A stretch of 28,955 nt of DNA from Verrucomicrobiaceae bacterium (lineage in GTDB: Bacteria; Verrucomicrobiota; Verrucomicrobiia; Verrucomicrobiales; Verrucomicrobiaceae): contig JANPIW010000852.1 of NCBI GenBank assembly GCA_031425215.1, positions 1 to 28,955 of the forward strand, given 5' to 3'. Within the stretch, counting starts at the first letter, position 1. Each line of letters begins with the position of its first letter. Shown here piece after piece: positions 16,454-24,666 of this stretch. The notes under the pieces were generated by a model. The model ran no database searches, was not told where the DNA came from, and was given only the letters and a program-made list of their open reading frames with translations. The position numbers and the translations under genes were made by a program.

Positions 16454-17226
16454 GTCCGGGTCCTCATCGTCGTCGGGCTGACCGTCATCACCACCGCCTG
16501 AAGAACGCTCACCAAACAACCCGCGCCCTCCGCCACCAGAGCCAGCGCCTGCATCGACCTGACCAAACCACGGCCAGCTCCCGACCTGCGAAAGCTGCCC
16601 GACACCTCTGACGAGTCGAGCAACCGCGCGCTCGATCTCGCCGAAAAGTGAAGGTTGATTCACATCCACTGGAGAAAAACCGGGCCATTTAGCTGTGATA
16701 CTGGTTTCCATAACGGGACTAAGGGTGATGAACTGTGAACTGGAGCCGGGTGGCATTTTCCATAATTTTTCAACAGTTTGGATGTCTTTATATCTAACCT
16801 GTCGAATTTTGGCAACGGCATTTTTTAGAAATTTCCGAATCGGCTGGGTTTGTCAGGCTCGACGGGCTGTGCCCGATTTTTATCACCCGAAGCATCTGCT
16901 GCCCTGATTGACGGCGTGAATCCGGAAGAAAGATTGGTTTTAATCTACCAAACTGGGGGAATACCGCCGTTCCAAGTCAACCACAAATTGTAAAAATCAT
17001 GGTCAACCCAATCCCTACGCCTCCCAGCAGGCCAACCTCTACGGCCCGACTTCCGACTCACAAGGCGGCGTCACGCAAATGGTCGTTCTGCACCTGGGCA
17101 AGACGAAGCCGTGGGTGTGATTCATGTCTGTGATGCTGTGGATTCATGCGGCGTACATCGTCGGTATGATGGTGTTTTCGGCCGCATTTGCCGCAGGCGT
17201 GAGCGGCCCCGCCAAAAAAAGACGGC
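16454..17226 (-). promoter_or_regulatory. Long AT-richer leader/promoter region upstream of the dcw operon; no mraZ.
   Basis: ~770 bp with no convincing ORF and a locally lower GC content (16700-17000). No MraZ-like translation appears in any frame. Specific -35/-10 boxes could not be assigned with confidence. Confidence 0.3.
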
Positions 17227-18075
17227 TCAAAGGTACCGCCGCAGCCGCTCGCGAACATCGTCGGCGAGGCGGGTGACGTAGCCGAGGGTGAATTCCTCAA
17301 CGCTCATCGCGTCGTCATGCACGAGGGGCGTGAGGTCCATGGCGAAATTTAGCAGGCTGCTGCCATCCGTGGTGTGCGAGTCAAAGTAGGTCGCGTTCGC
17401 GTGGCGCAGACCTTCCTCGGCGAGGTCGTAGCGCTTGCCGCCGGAGATTTGGGAATCAAACACACCGAGCAGCGGGCGGAGCATGTGCTGATGCTTGTCC
17501 ACTTTGAGCATGACCTTGTCCTCCGTGAGCAGCCAGTCGAGCTTCCGCCAGACCTCGCAGCCGTAAATTTTTGCGGGGCGCTGTTCTTTGGGAAGTGATC
17601 GCAGGGCCTCCAAGCAGCGGAGGAATGTGGCGACGTGGGTGTCGTGGCGGTCACAGGGATTATGCAGATAAACGACATCGGGCTGCGAATCGATGAGGAT
17701 CTGGCGCAAGTCGGCGCACACATCGCTCTTGAGTTCGTCCTTCAATTTGTCGCTCGGATAGCCGAGCTGGATCATAATGGAGTACTCGCCGACGTAGGCG
17801 GCCTTGCGCTGCTCGATGAGGCGGACCTGCTGCATCTCCTCGTCGGTGTAGTCTGCATACGGCCCTTTGCGCGGGCTGCCGGAGCCGTCAGTCACCACCA
17901 CGCCGCCGAACCATTGATCACCGCTGTGAAAGCACTCTATTATTCCGTGGTAGGCCGCGATTTCGAGATCGTCCTGGTGCGAGACGATGCCGAGATGTGT
18001 CACACGACTGAGCGCCTTGGTTTCATCTTGGAGTTCCGGGAGAAAGACATCGTGCTTCGCGTGACGCAGGTTCAT
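17227..18075 (-). CDS. PIG-L/LmbE-family N-acetylglucosaminyl deacetylase-like protein.
   Basis: VSHQDDLEIAA (HxDD-type motif) and VVYLHNPCDRHDTHVAT (the D..H.DH block of the PIG-L family). The first ATG after the flotillin stop is at 18075. Confidence 0.55.
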   Translation of the reverse strand: MNLRHAKHDVFLPELQDETKALSRVTHLGIVSHQDDLEIAAYHGIIECFHSGDQWFGGVVVTDGSGSPRKGPYADYTDEEMQQVRLIEQRKAAYVGEYSIMIQLGYPSDKLKDELKSDVCADLRQILIDSQPDVVYLHNPCDRHDTHVATFLRCLEALRSLPKEQRPAKIYGCEVWRKLDWLLTEDKVMLKVDKHQHMLRPLLGVFDSQISGGKRYDLAEEGLRHANATYFDSHTTDGSSLLNFAMDLTPLVHDDAMSVEEFTLGYVTRLADDVRERLRRYL

Positions 18076-18184
18076 TCTTGGAACTAAAGCGGTGAGGTGG
18101 CGATGCAAGGAGGAAGTTCCCGGCGCAGACTGCCGGTGAACTGCGAAGCCGGCAGGCTGCCGCAGTCCAAGGCGCTGGGCGCAA

Positions 18185-19726
18185 TCATGATGTCTCCTTG
18201 GCGCCTGATTTGTCCGTGCCTTGGAAATCTTCACGCAGAATCTCCCGCGCGGTTTTCTTCGCGCGTTCTTGCGCTGCATCGGGTTTGCCAAGGTAGGCCG
18301 GCAGCTCGACGCCGACATTTTTCGCGATCTCGTGCAGCGGCGGGACGGCGCCGACGAGGCCGGAGAGGAAATCGGCGGTTCTTGTTTTGCCGTCCTCGCC
18401 GACGCGGCCGGAGTCCCAGACGGTGATCTTGTCGATCTTCACGCCACTGATGGCGCGCATCTGCTCCTCGACGAGTTTCGGGAGCTGCTCCGTCACCATG
18501 AGCTGCGCGGCTTGCTCGGCTCCGCCGGCTGCGGCGATGATGGCTTTGAAGCCGTCGGCGCGCGCATTGAGCTGCGCGAGGGTCCCTTGCGCCTGGGCTT
18601 CCATGAAGGCTTTGAGACCGAGCGCCTCACCGTTTTTGAGCAGGCGAATTTTCTCGCCCTCGGCTGTGGCGGTGAGTTCGATGCGGCGTTTCTCGGCCTC
18701 GGCTTCCAGTTCGATGCGGACTTTCTCGGCCTCGGCGTGATAGCGGATTTTGCTTTTCTCGGCGTCGGCGAGGACCTCGATCTTTTTCTTCTCGATCTCA
18801 GCCTGCACGATGACGGTGGCGAGCTGCGCGGCTTCCTCGCGCTTTGCGCGCTGACGCTCGGCGATCTCCTCGGCCTTGTAGGATTCCTCCAGCGCTTTGG
18901 CGCTGGCGACTTTTTCGGCGGCGGTGCCGATGCGCTGCGCCTCGGCTTCGCGCTCGCGGCGGCTGGCGATGGAATTGGCGATCTGCACGGCGGCCTCGTT
19001 CTCGCCTTGCACGGCATTGGCGTGCGCGGCGGAGACGCGGATGCGTTTTTCGCGGTCGGCCTCGGCGGCGCCGATGTCGCCATCGCGCTCTTGATTGGCG
19101 ACTTTGATTTTGGCTTCGTTGATGGCGCGCGCGGCGGCTTCTTTCCCGAGGGCCTCGATGTAGCCGGACTCGTCGGTGATGTCCTGGACGTTGACGTTGA
19201 TGAGGCGGAGGCCGACTTTTTTCAGCTCGACCTCGACGCCGTTGGAGATGTTGGCGATGAGCTTGTCGCGGTCGGCGTTGATCTCCTCGATGGGCATCGT
19301 GGCGATGACGACGCGCATTTGGCCGAAGATGATGTCCTTGGCCAGCTCCTGGATTTGCGGCGCGGTCTGGCCGAGCAACCGCTCTGCGGCGTTCTCCATC
19401 ACGCCTGGCTCGGTGCTGATGCCCACGGTAAATGTCGATGGCGTGTTGACGCGGATGTTTTGCTGGGAAAGCGCGCCGCGGAGCTGGATGTCGATGGGCA
19501 TCGGCGTGAGGCTGAGGTACGCGAAGTCCTGGATGACAGGCCACACGAAGGCCGCGCCGCCGTGGTAGCAGCGCGCGGATTTTTGTCCCTGCACTTTTCC
19601 GAACACGACGAGGATGCGGTCCGACGGACATCTGCGGTAGCGCGAGATGAAGAACATGAAGAAGCCGAAGACGAGGACGGCGAGGATGCCGATGAGGACA
19701 GGGATGGAGAAGAGGATGTCGAACAT
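18185..19726 (-). CDS. Flotillin-like SPFH/band-7 protein (YqiK-type).
   Basis: N-terminal TM, an SPFH core, and a long E/A-rich coiled-coil (EAEAQRIGTAAEK...EAEAEKRRIELTATAEGEK). Confidence 0.8.
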   Translation of the reverse strand: MFDILFSIPVLIGILAVLVFGFFMFFISRYRRCPSDRILVVFGKVQGQKSARCYHGGAAFVWPVIQDFAYLSLTPMPIDIQLRGALSQQNIRVNTPSTFTVGISTEPGVMENAAERLLGQTAPQIQELAKDIIFGQMRVVIATMPIEEINADRDKLIANISNGVEVELKKVGLRLINVNVQDITDESGYIEALGKEAAARAINEAKIKVANQERDGDIGAAEADREKRIRVSAAHANAVQGENEAAVQIANSIASRREREAEAQRIGTAAEKVASAKALEESYKAEEIAERQRAKREEAAQLATVIVQAEIEKKKIEVLADAEKSKIRYHAEAEKVRIELEAEAEKRRIELTATAEGEKIRLLKNGEALGLKAFMEAQAQGTLAQLNARADGFKAIIAAAGGAEQAAQLMVTEQLPKLVEEQMRAISGVKIDKITVWDSGRVGEDGKTRTADFLSGLVGAVPPLHEIAKNVGVELPAYLGKPDAAQERAKKTAREILREDFQGTDKSGAKETS

Positions 19727-19745
19727 GGGAGGTGGGAGTGATGAA

Positions 19746-20327
19746 TTAGAGAGGCAGGAAAGTGATGACGGGTTTTACGATGAGGAGATTATCAGCCTCG
19801 ACGGCGATGACGTCGATGGCAGTGAGCGGCGCGAGGGCGGTGGCTGCGTCAGTGATGGCGCTGGCGGTGATGAGACGGCTCTGGAGCATGATCTCCACCT
19901 GACCCTGGCCGGTGCGATGCGGCGGGATGGTGACATAGACTTTGCCGCGCACACCGATCGCGTTTTTGTAATCGAGAGTGCCTTCCGATCGCAGAGAGAC
20001 GAGAAAACTCATCAACCCCGCGATCACGACCATGAAGATGCCGCCCGTGACAAGGGCCGCGACATGCACGCTGCCGGTCGAGAAGCCACTGTTCACCGCC
20101 AGCACTCCCGCCCAGCCAAAGCCGACAAAGAACGCGACGAGCGCGCGCAGGGAGAAAAACTTCGGCGCATGGCCGTGGTCACCATCCGCGCCGTCTCCGC
20201 CGTGGATGTTGTGCTCCGCGCCCATGACCGCGCCAAACATCAGGCATAGCTGCAGCACCGAAGCGAAGAGCGCTATCGTCCAGTAAAACTTGGCGACGGG
20301 CAGGAGCAGATACCACCACTGATTCAT
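19746..20327 (-). CDS. NfeD-like membrane protein (YqiJ-type partner of flotillin).
   Basis: Several TM segments with a C-terminal OB-fold-like tail (GVRGKVYVTIPPHRTGQGQVEI). It is immediately upstream of the flotillin gene. Internal ATG at 20327. Confidence 0.6.
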   Translation of the reverse strand: MNQWWYLLLPVAKFYWTIALFASVLQLCLMFGAVMGAEHNIHGGDGADGDHGHAPKFFSLRALVAFFVGFGWAGVLAVNSGFSTGSVHVAALVTGGIFMVVIAGLMSFLVSLRSEGTLDYKNAIGVRGKVYVTIPPHRTGQGQVEIMLQSRLITASAITDAATALAPLTAIDVIAVEADNLLIVKPVITFLPL

Positions 20328-20420
20328 AACGCTGGCCGTTGTAGCGGGTTTGGCACCGCGTTGCAAGCCCGCACCTGCTGCACTTTGCCCGTTATTTTGT
20401 AAGCAGGGCTGGCGTTAACT

Positions 20421-20452
20421 GTTTCTGATTCCCAATTCCCAGTTTCTGATTC
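20421..20452 (+). promoter_or_regulatory. Direct repeat gtttctgattc x2, 21 bp apart, just upstream of the CPXCG gene.
   Basis: Seen at 20421-20431 and 20442-20452, within the divergent NfeD/CPXCG intergenic region. Confidence 0.25.
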
Positions 20453-20458
20453 TTTCCT

Positions 20459-20644
20459 ATGACCGATCTCGTGCCAGTGACATGCCCTTCGTGCTTCGAG
20501 GTTTTCGAGGTCGCCGCCCCGGCTGTGGGCGAGATGCCATGCGATGTGGATTACGACTGCGAGGTCTGCTGCCGTCCCCTGCGCATCTGGTTCGAGGAAA
20601 TGGACGGCGAAGTCGTGGCGCAGGGTTACGGGCTGGGGGAGTAG
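20459..20644 (+). CDS. CPXCG-motif cysteine-rich zinc-ribbon small protein.
   Basis: 61 aa: CPSC...CEVCC with an acidic tail. Confidence 0.55.
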   Translation: MTDLVPVTCPSCFEVFEVAAPAVGEMPCDVDYDCEVCCRPLRIWFEEMDGEVVAQGYGLGE

Positions 20645-20737
20645 TCACTCTCAGCCGGGTGAAGAGCCGGGTGTTGCTGCCCATTGGACACTGAAGACGT
20701 GCTGCGGCGGCGGGGTGGTGGTGTCCAGCATGGAGGC

Positions 20738-20929
20738 ATGAGCACGGCAGCCATTGAACGTGAGTTGAAGAAAGTGCGCAGACGCTTGAAGACCCTGGAG
20801 GAACTCTTTGGTCAAAAACCCAAAGCCTCCTGTCGGGATGCATTTGGCGCGATGAAAGGCGACTCTCTGCACCGCGAGGCTGCCGCGCTCGGCGCGGCAT
20901 GGCGCGCAAAAGAGAACAAGCGTAAGTGA
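20738..20929 (+). CDS. Small VapB-like antitoxin candidate, partner of the downstream PIN gene remnant.
   Basis: 63 aa (MSTAAIERELKKVRRRLKTLEELF...). GGAGG lies directly upstream of ATG 20738. The stop is 4 nt before the PIN-gene ATG, with a GAGG between them. Confidence 0.4.
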   Translation: MSTAAIERELKKVRRRLKTLEELFGQKPKASCRDAFGAMKGDSLHREAAALGAAWRAKENKRK

Positions 20930-20933
20930 GGTC

Positions 20934-21250
20934 ATGTTTGCCGTCCTCGACACCAATCACTTCACGGGTTTTGCCGACGCCTCTGCTCTTGGTCGCAAGA
21001 TACTGCGGCGCATCGAAAAACAGCAGGCCGAGGTCTTCTCCTGCATCGCCGCCGCAAAGGAAACAAGCGCGGCTGGCTGGCTTTGATCAAGCAGCACAAA
21101 TCGGGACGGGACCAGCTTCACGCCTACTCCATGTTTCAGCAGGGAATCGAGACGAGGCCATTTGCATGGCACACGACACCACGTTGCTGACACGCAACTT
21201 CGCGCCGTTTCAGGGCATCTCGGGTCTGCGAGTGGCGAAACTGGCTGGAT
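20934..21250 (+). pseudogene. vapC: Degraded vapC (PIN-domain toxin) with a frameshift and an internal deletion.
   Basis: Frame 0 reads MFAVLDTNHF...AEVFSCIAAAKE and then hits a stop at 21086. The continuation KRGWLALIKQHKSGRDQLHAYSMF is in the -1 frame from 21062. The PIN C-terminal block DEAICMAHDTTLLTRNFAPFQGISGLRV is in a third frame, with ~25 aa of the expected middle missing and no terminal stop. Confidence 0.5.
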
Positions 21251-21570
21251 TGATCCCAGCCAGACCTCTCTTTCTTCCGCGCCCATTACCACTGGCACCA
21301 CACGCCTTCGGATCAAAACCTCAAGTCAAAGGCGGGACGCCTCGATCCATCGACAGGCGGGGACGCCTGTCCTCCGCTCCATCACAGCCCTTCGCTCTCA
21401 GCCGGGTGAACAATACGGTGCTGCTGCTGATAGGCACGGTGAAGACATGGCCTGGCAGCAGAAAGGGGATAGAGTGCTGGCAGCGACATGACGAGCTGGC
21501 AAGATCGAGACTGCGACCGTTAATTTTCCTATGTAACCTCCGTCATACCGTTTCCTCTTTGCAGGATGGC

Positions 21571-23496
21571 ATGAACACTCATCCACACTCTCTCTGCCCG
21601 CGCTGTGGTTCGACGCTCGAGGCTTCGGCCGTCGCGGGGCTTTGTCCAAAATGTCTGATGGTCCGCGCGGCGATGCAGACGGAGGACGCGACCGTGCCGG
21701 TCACTGCAGCGCCTGCGCCGACGCTGGATGAAATCGCGACTGCGTTTCCCGAGCTGGAGGTGCTGGAGATGATCGGACGCGGTGGCATGGGCGTGGTTTA
21801 CAAGGCGCGGCAGAAGTCGCTGAACCGGCTGGTCGCGTTGAAGTTGCTCGCGCCAGAGCGCGCGGATGATCCGCAGTTCGCGGCGCGCTTTGAAAAAGAG
21901 GCGCTGGCGCTGGCGGCGCTGAATCATCCGAACATCGTGACGGTGCATCAGTCCGCCAGGGCAGGCGGTTTTTATTTTCTGCTCATGGAGTTCGTCGATG
22001 GTGTGAATCTCCGCCAGGCGATGCGGGCGGGGCGCTTCACACCTGAGCAGGCGCTGGCCATTGTGCCGCCCGTGTGTGAGGCGCTGCAATATGCGCATGA
22101 CCACGGCATCGTGCATCGCGATATCAAGCCGGAGAACCTGCTGCTCGACAGGGAAGGCCGCGTGAAGATCGCTGACTTTGGGATCGCGAAAATTCTCGGT
22201 GCGGACGCGACCGAGACGATCTCGCAGCCCGCTGGCACACCACGCTACATGGCGCCCGAGCAAGGCAGCGGGGATGCGCGCGTAGATCATCGTGCTGACA
22301 TCTACTCCCTCGGCGTCGTGCTTTACGAACTGCTGACCGGGGAGCTGCCCTCTGCAAAGCTGGAGCCGCCCTCGCGCCGGGTGCAGATTGATGTGCGGCT
22401 CGACGAGGTCGTGCTTCGCGCGTTGAATGAGAAGCCGGAGCTGCGCTGGCAGACGGCGGCGGAGTTTCAGACTGGTGTGGAAACCGTGATCACGCGCCCG
22501 CAAACCCAGCCCGAGGCCCAGCAGCGGCTTTATCACGCGATGGGTTATCACACGCCGTGGGGACAGCGGTTGTTGAAGCTCTCGTTCATCGGGCTGCTCG
22601 GCTTTTTCGGCCTGGTGCCGGGGCTGGAGTTCATGGCCGTGTGCAGCGTCTTCCTCGTATTCATGGCCTTCGCGAGTTTGATCGAGTGGTGGCATCGCCG
22701 CAGTCAGTTGGATCGTGGGTACCCGGTCCGCAAATGGTGGCACAAGGCGCTCGTCACCGTGCTACTCGCCATCGTCATCGTCATCCCGCTGCGAGCCTGG
22801 GTGTTGCATCCTTTCTTCATCGCAGGCAATTCACTGGAGCCAGAGATGCCCGTGGGCAGCCGTGTGCTGGTCTGGAAGCTCACTCGACAGTTCGCGCCGG
22901 GCGACATCATCGCGCACAAGCACGGCGCGCGAGTGTGGGTGAGCCGCGTGGTGCGCGAGGGTGACGACCATCTCGTCACTCAGCGCAACCAGTCGCCCGA
23001 GGAGAAGCTGCCGCGCGCGGATGTCATCGGCAAAGTGGTGAGCGTGTACTGGCGCGCATCGCCCGCGCCGAAGAGCGCCGTGCTGCGTGCTTTCAAAAGC
23101 ACCGACTCTCCAATCTCCAAACAAGCCGTGCTCGATGGCGAAGCGTGGCGCGTGGATGCCGCCGAGGCGCAAGTTGTGAGCTTGTTCGAGCTGCCGCTGG
23201 CTGACATCGACGACTGCACGATCACTTACCGCGCCAAGATGAAATCGGAGGATGTGAAGGGCCGCGCATTTCTTGAGATGTGGTGCCGTGTGCCTGGCTT
23301 TGGCGAGAGCTTCTCGCGCGGCCTCGACAAGACCATCACGGGCACCAACAACTGGGCCAACTTTGAAATCCAGTTCTTCCTCAAGAAAGGCGAGAAGACG
23401 GATCAGTTGAAGCTCAACCTCAACTTCGAAGGCTCGGGTCGTGTGTGGATCAAGGATATTGAGGTGATCGCGAACGGCGCGGGCGTGAAACCATGA
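21571..23496 (+). CDS. Membrane Ser/Thr protein kinase fused to a signal-peptidase/LexA-like (S26/S24-type) domain and a C-terminal beta-rich domain.
   Basis: N-terminal zinc ribbon (CPRCG...CPKC). Hanks kinase motifs are present (GRGGMGVVYKA, HRDIKPENLL, DFG, APE). Three TM helices span residues ~333-410. Then comes HPFFIAGNSLEPEMPVGSRVLVWK...GDIIAHK...VSRVVREGDD...ADVIGKVVSVYW (residues ~411-496). The 856-aa track ORF starting at 20926 is a read-through artefact of the vapC remnant. The first plausible kinase ATG is 21571. Confidence 0.8.
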   Translation: MNTHPHSLCPRCGSTLEASAVAGLCPKCLMVRAAMQTEDATVPVTAAPAPTLDEIATAFPELEVLEMIGRGGMGVVYKARQKSLNRLVALKLLAPERADDPQFAARFEKEALALAALNHPNIVTVHQSARAGGFYFLLMEFVDGVNLRQAMRAGRFTPEQALAIVPPVCEALQYAHDHGIVHRDIKPENLLLDREGRVKIADFGIAKILGADATETISQPAGTPRYMAPEQGSGDARVDHRADIYSLGVVLYELLTGELPSAKLEPPSRRVQIDVRLDEVVLRALNEKPELRWQTAAEFQTGVETVITRPQTQPEAQQRLYHAMGYHTPWGQRLLKLSFIGLLGFFGLVPGLEFMAVCSVFLVFMAFASLIEWWHRRSQLDRGYPVRKWWHKALVTVLLAIVIVIPLRAWVLHPFFIAGNSLEPEMPVGSRVLVWKLTRQFAPGDIIAHKHGARVWVSRVVREGDDHLVTQRNQSPEEKLPRADVIGKVVSVYWRASPAPKSAVLRAFKSTDSPISKQAVLDGEAWRVDAAEAQVVSLFELPLADIDDCTITYRAKMKSEDVKGRAFLEMWCRVPGFGESFSRGLDKTITGTNNWANFEIQFFLKKGEKTDQLKLNLNFEGSGRVWIKDIEVIANGAGVKP

Positions 23497-24179
23497 ACTT
23501 TCACACCACCCGTTGGACGCTCGTGCTGCAGGCGCGCGGCGATGACACGACCGCGAAGCAGGCGCTGAGCGATCTTTGCGCCGCCTACTACGCGCCTGTG
23601 GTGGCGTTCATCACGCGCAGCGGGTTCGAGGAAAACGCCGCGCGCGATCTGGCACATGATTTTTTCGCGCGCTGGCTTTCACAGCAGCAGATGCTAAGGC
23701 CCGAGCGCGAGCATGGGCGCTTTCGCTCGTACCTCCTCGGCGCGGTAAAGCATTTCGTGTCTGATGCGCTCGATCATCAGCGCGCGCAGAAACGCGGTGG
23801 TGGAGCGGAGATCGTGCATCTCACGGACACGGGATCAGCGCTGCCGGAGGATGCGGCGCTCGCGTCGGATCGTGCATTCGACCGGCAATGGGCGTTGACC
23901 GTTTTGGAGCGCGTGATCGCGCAGCTCGCGGCGGAGTTTGATGCCGCGGGAAAGGCCGCGCATTTTTCTTTGCTCAAAGCATGGCTTACTGGGGACGAGG
24001 GTGAGGCCACGCAAGCGCAAGTGGCGGCGCGACTCGGCACGAACGAGGGCGCGCTGAAGGTTTCGATCCATCGGCTGCGCAAACGATTCCGTGATCTCAT
24101 CAAAGCCGAGGTCGCTCACACCGTGGGCAGCGAGGTGGAAGCGCGCGAGGAACTGACGCATCTGCTGGCGGCGATGTGA
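23493..24179 (+). CDS. ECF-type sigma-70 family factor.
   Basis: 228 aa. The N-terminal TTRWTLV motif is typical of PVC-group kinase-associated ECFs. Region 2 is LCAAYYAPVVAFI...; the region-4 HTH is QAQVAARLGTNEGALKVSIHRLRKRFR. Its ATG overlaps the kinase stop (ATGA). Confidence 0.8.
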   Translation: MNFHTTRWTLVLQARGDDTTAKQALSDLCAAYYAPVVAFITRSGFEENAARDLAHDFFARWLSQQQMLRPEREHGRFRSYLLGAVKHFVSDALDHQRAQKRGGGAEIVHLTDTGSALPEDAALASDRAFDRQWALTVLERVIAQLAAEFDAAGKAAHFSLLKAWLTGDEGEATQAQVAARLGTNEGALKVSIHRLRKRFRDLIKAEVAHTVGSEVEAREELTHLLAAM

Positions 24180-24275
24180 CGCGGTGACCGAGATGGGGAG
24201 CTTATTTTTTCTTCACGACTGTTGGCAATGCCGAGAGTACTTGGGCAGGATTCGAAGCCTTGGCCGCAAGCTTGA

Positions 24276-24566
24276 TCAGGTGGTCCAGCGCTCCTGCCAC
24301 TCAAAGTGCGCGGCGTGCATGTCGTCAGGCCACTCGTGCGGGTGCACGAGCTTGGGCGGGTCGAGCGCGTAGAGGAAATCAGGGCGCGTCGGATGCTTTG
24401 GAAGCTCACCCATGAGCGGCGCGACGTGATGCACCTTGCGCCCGAGCAGCCACTCGATGGTTCTCTTGGGTTCCTTCAGGGCCAGCAGCTTGATGATGTT
24501 GTCCGTCGCACGCACCGTTGTGCGTGCTGCACGGGGGCGGGGATGTCGCTGTGCGGGCTTTGCCAT
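24276..24566 (-). CDS. Hypothetical 96-aa protein.
   Basis: ATG start, mixed-composition sequence (DNIIKLLALKEPKRTIEWLLGRKVHHVAPLMGELPKHP...). It is convergent with the sigma gene and divergent from the lipoprotein gene. No family was recognised. Confidence 0.3.
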   Translation of the reverse strand: MAKPAQRHPRPRAARTTVRATDNIIKLLALKEPKRTIEWLLGRKVHHVAPLMGELPKHPTRPDFLYALDPPKLVHPHEWPDDMHAAHFEWQERWTT

Positions 24567-24666
24567 GCGCGCTGTTTACGCCAGTGCGAATGCTCGCGCA
24601 AGAACACGCCGGCCATCCTTTTGCCCGCTTTGCTTCGCACCATCCATCCTCTATGATGGTCGCACC

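Noticed and set aside
16454-16756. N-terminal extension of rsmH (track ORF starts at 16756), and a search for mraZ.
   Set aside because: The upstream codons are G/D-rich low-complexity with A/T-ending codons unlike neighbouring genes. No MraZ-like sequence appears in any frame of 16454-17226.
16695-17300. Small ORFs 16695..16907 (+) and 17058..17300 (-).
   Set aside because: They have alternative starts, lie in the AT-richer leader region or overlap the PIG-L gene end, and show no recognisable features.
18221-19741. 506-aa plus-strand ORF.
   Set aside because: It is antisense to the flotillin gene, which has clear SPFH and coiled-coil features. Gly/Asp/Ala-rich low-complexity translation.
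20926-21570. 5' 215 codons of the 856-aa track ORF, as a giant kinase N-terminal extension.
   Set aside because: This part is the out-of-frame tail of a degraded vapC gene that lacks a stop. The kinase's own zinc-ribbon N-terminus begins at ATG 21571.
21529-22743. 404-aa minus-strand ORF.
   Set aside because: It is antisense to the Ser/Thr kinase domain, which carries canonical Hanks motifs.
24180-24275. Possible intrinsic terminator after the sigma gene (T-run at ~24205).
   Set aside because: The preceding sequence does not form a convincing GC-rich stem; too weak to call.
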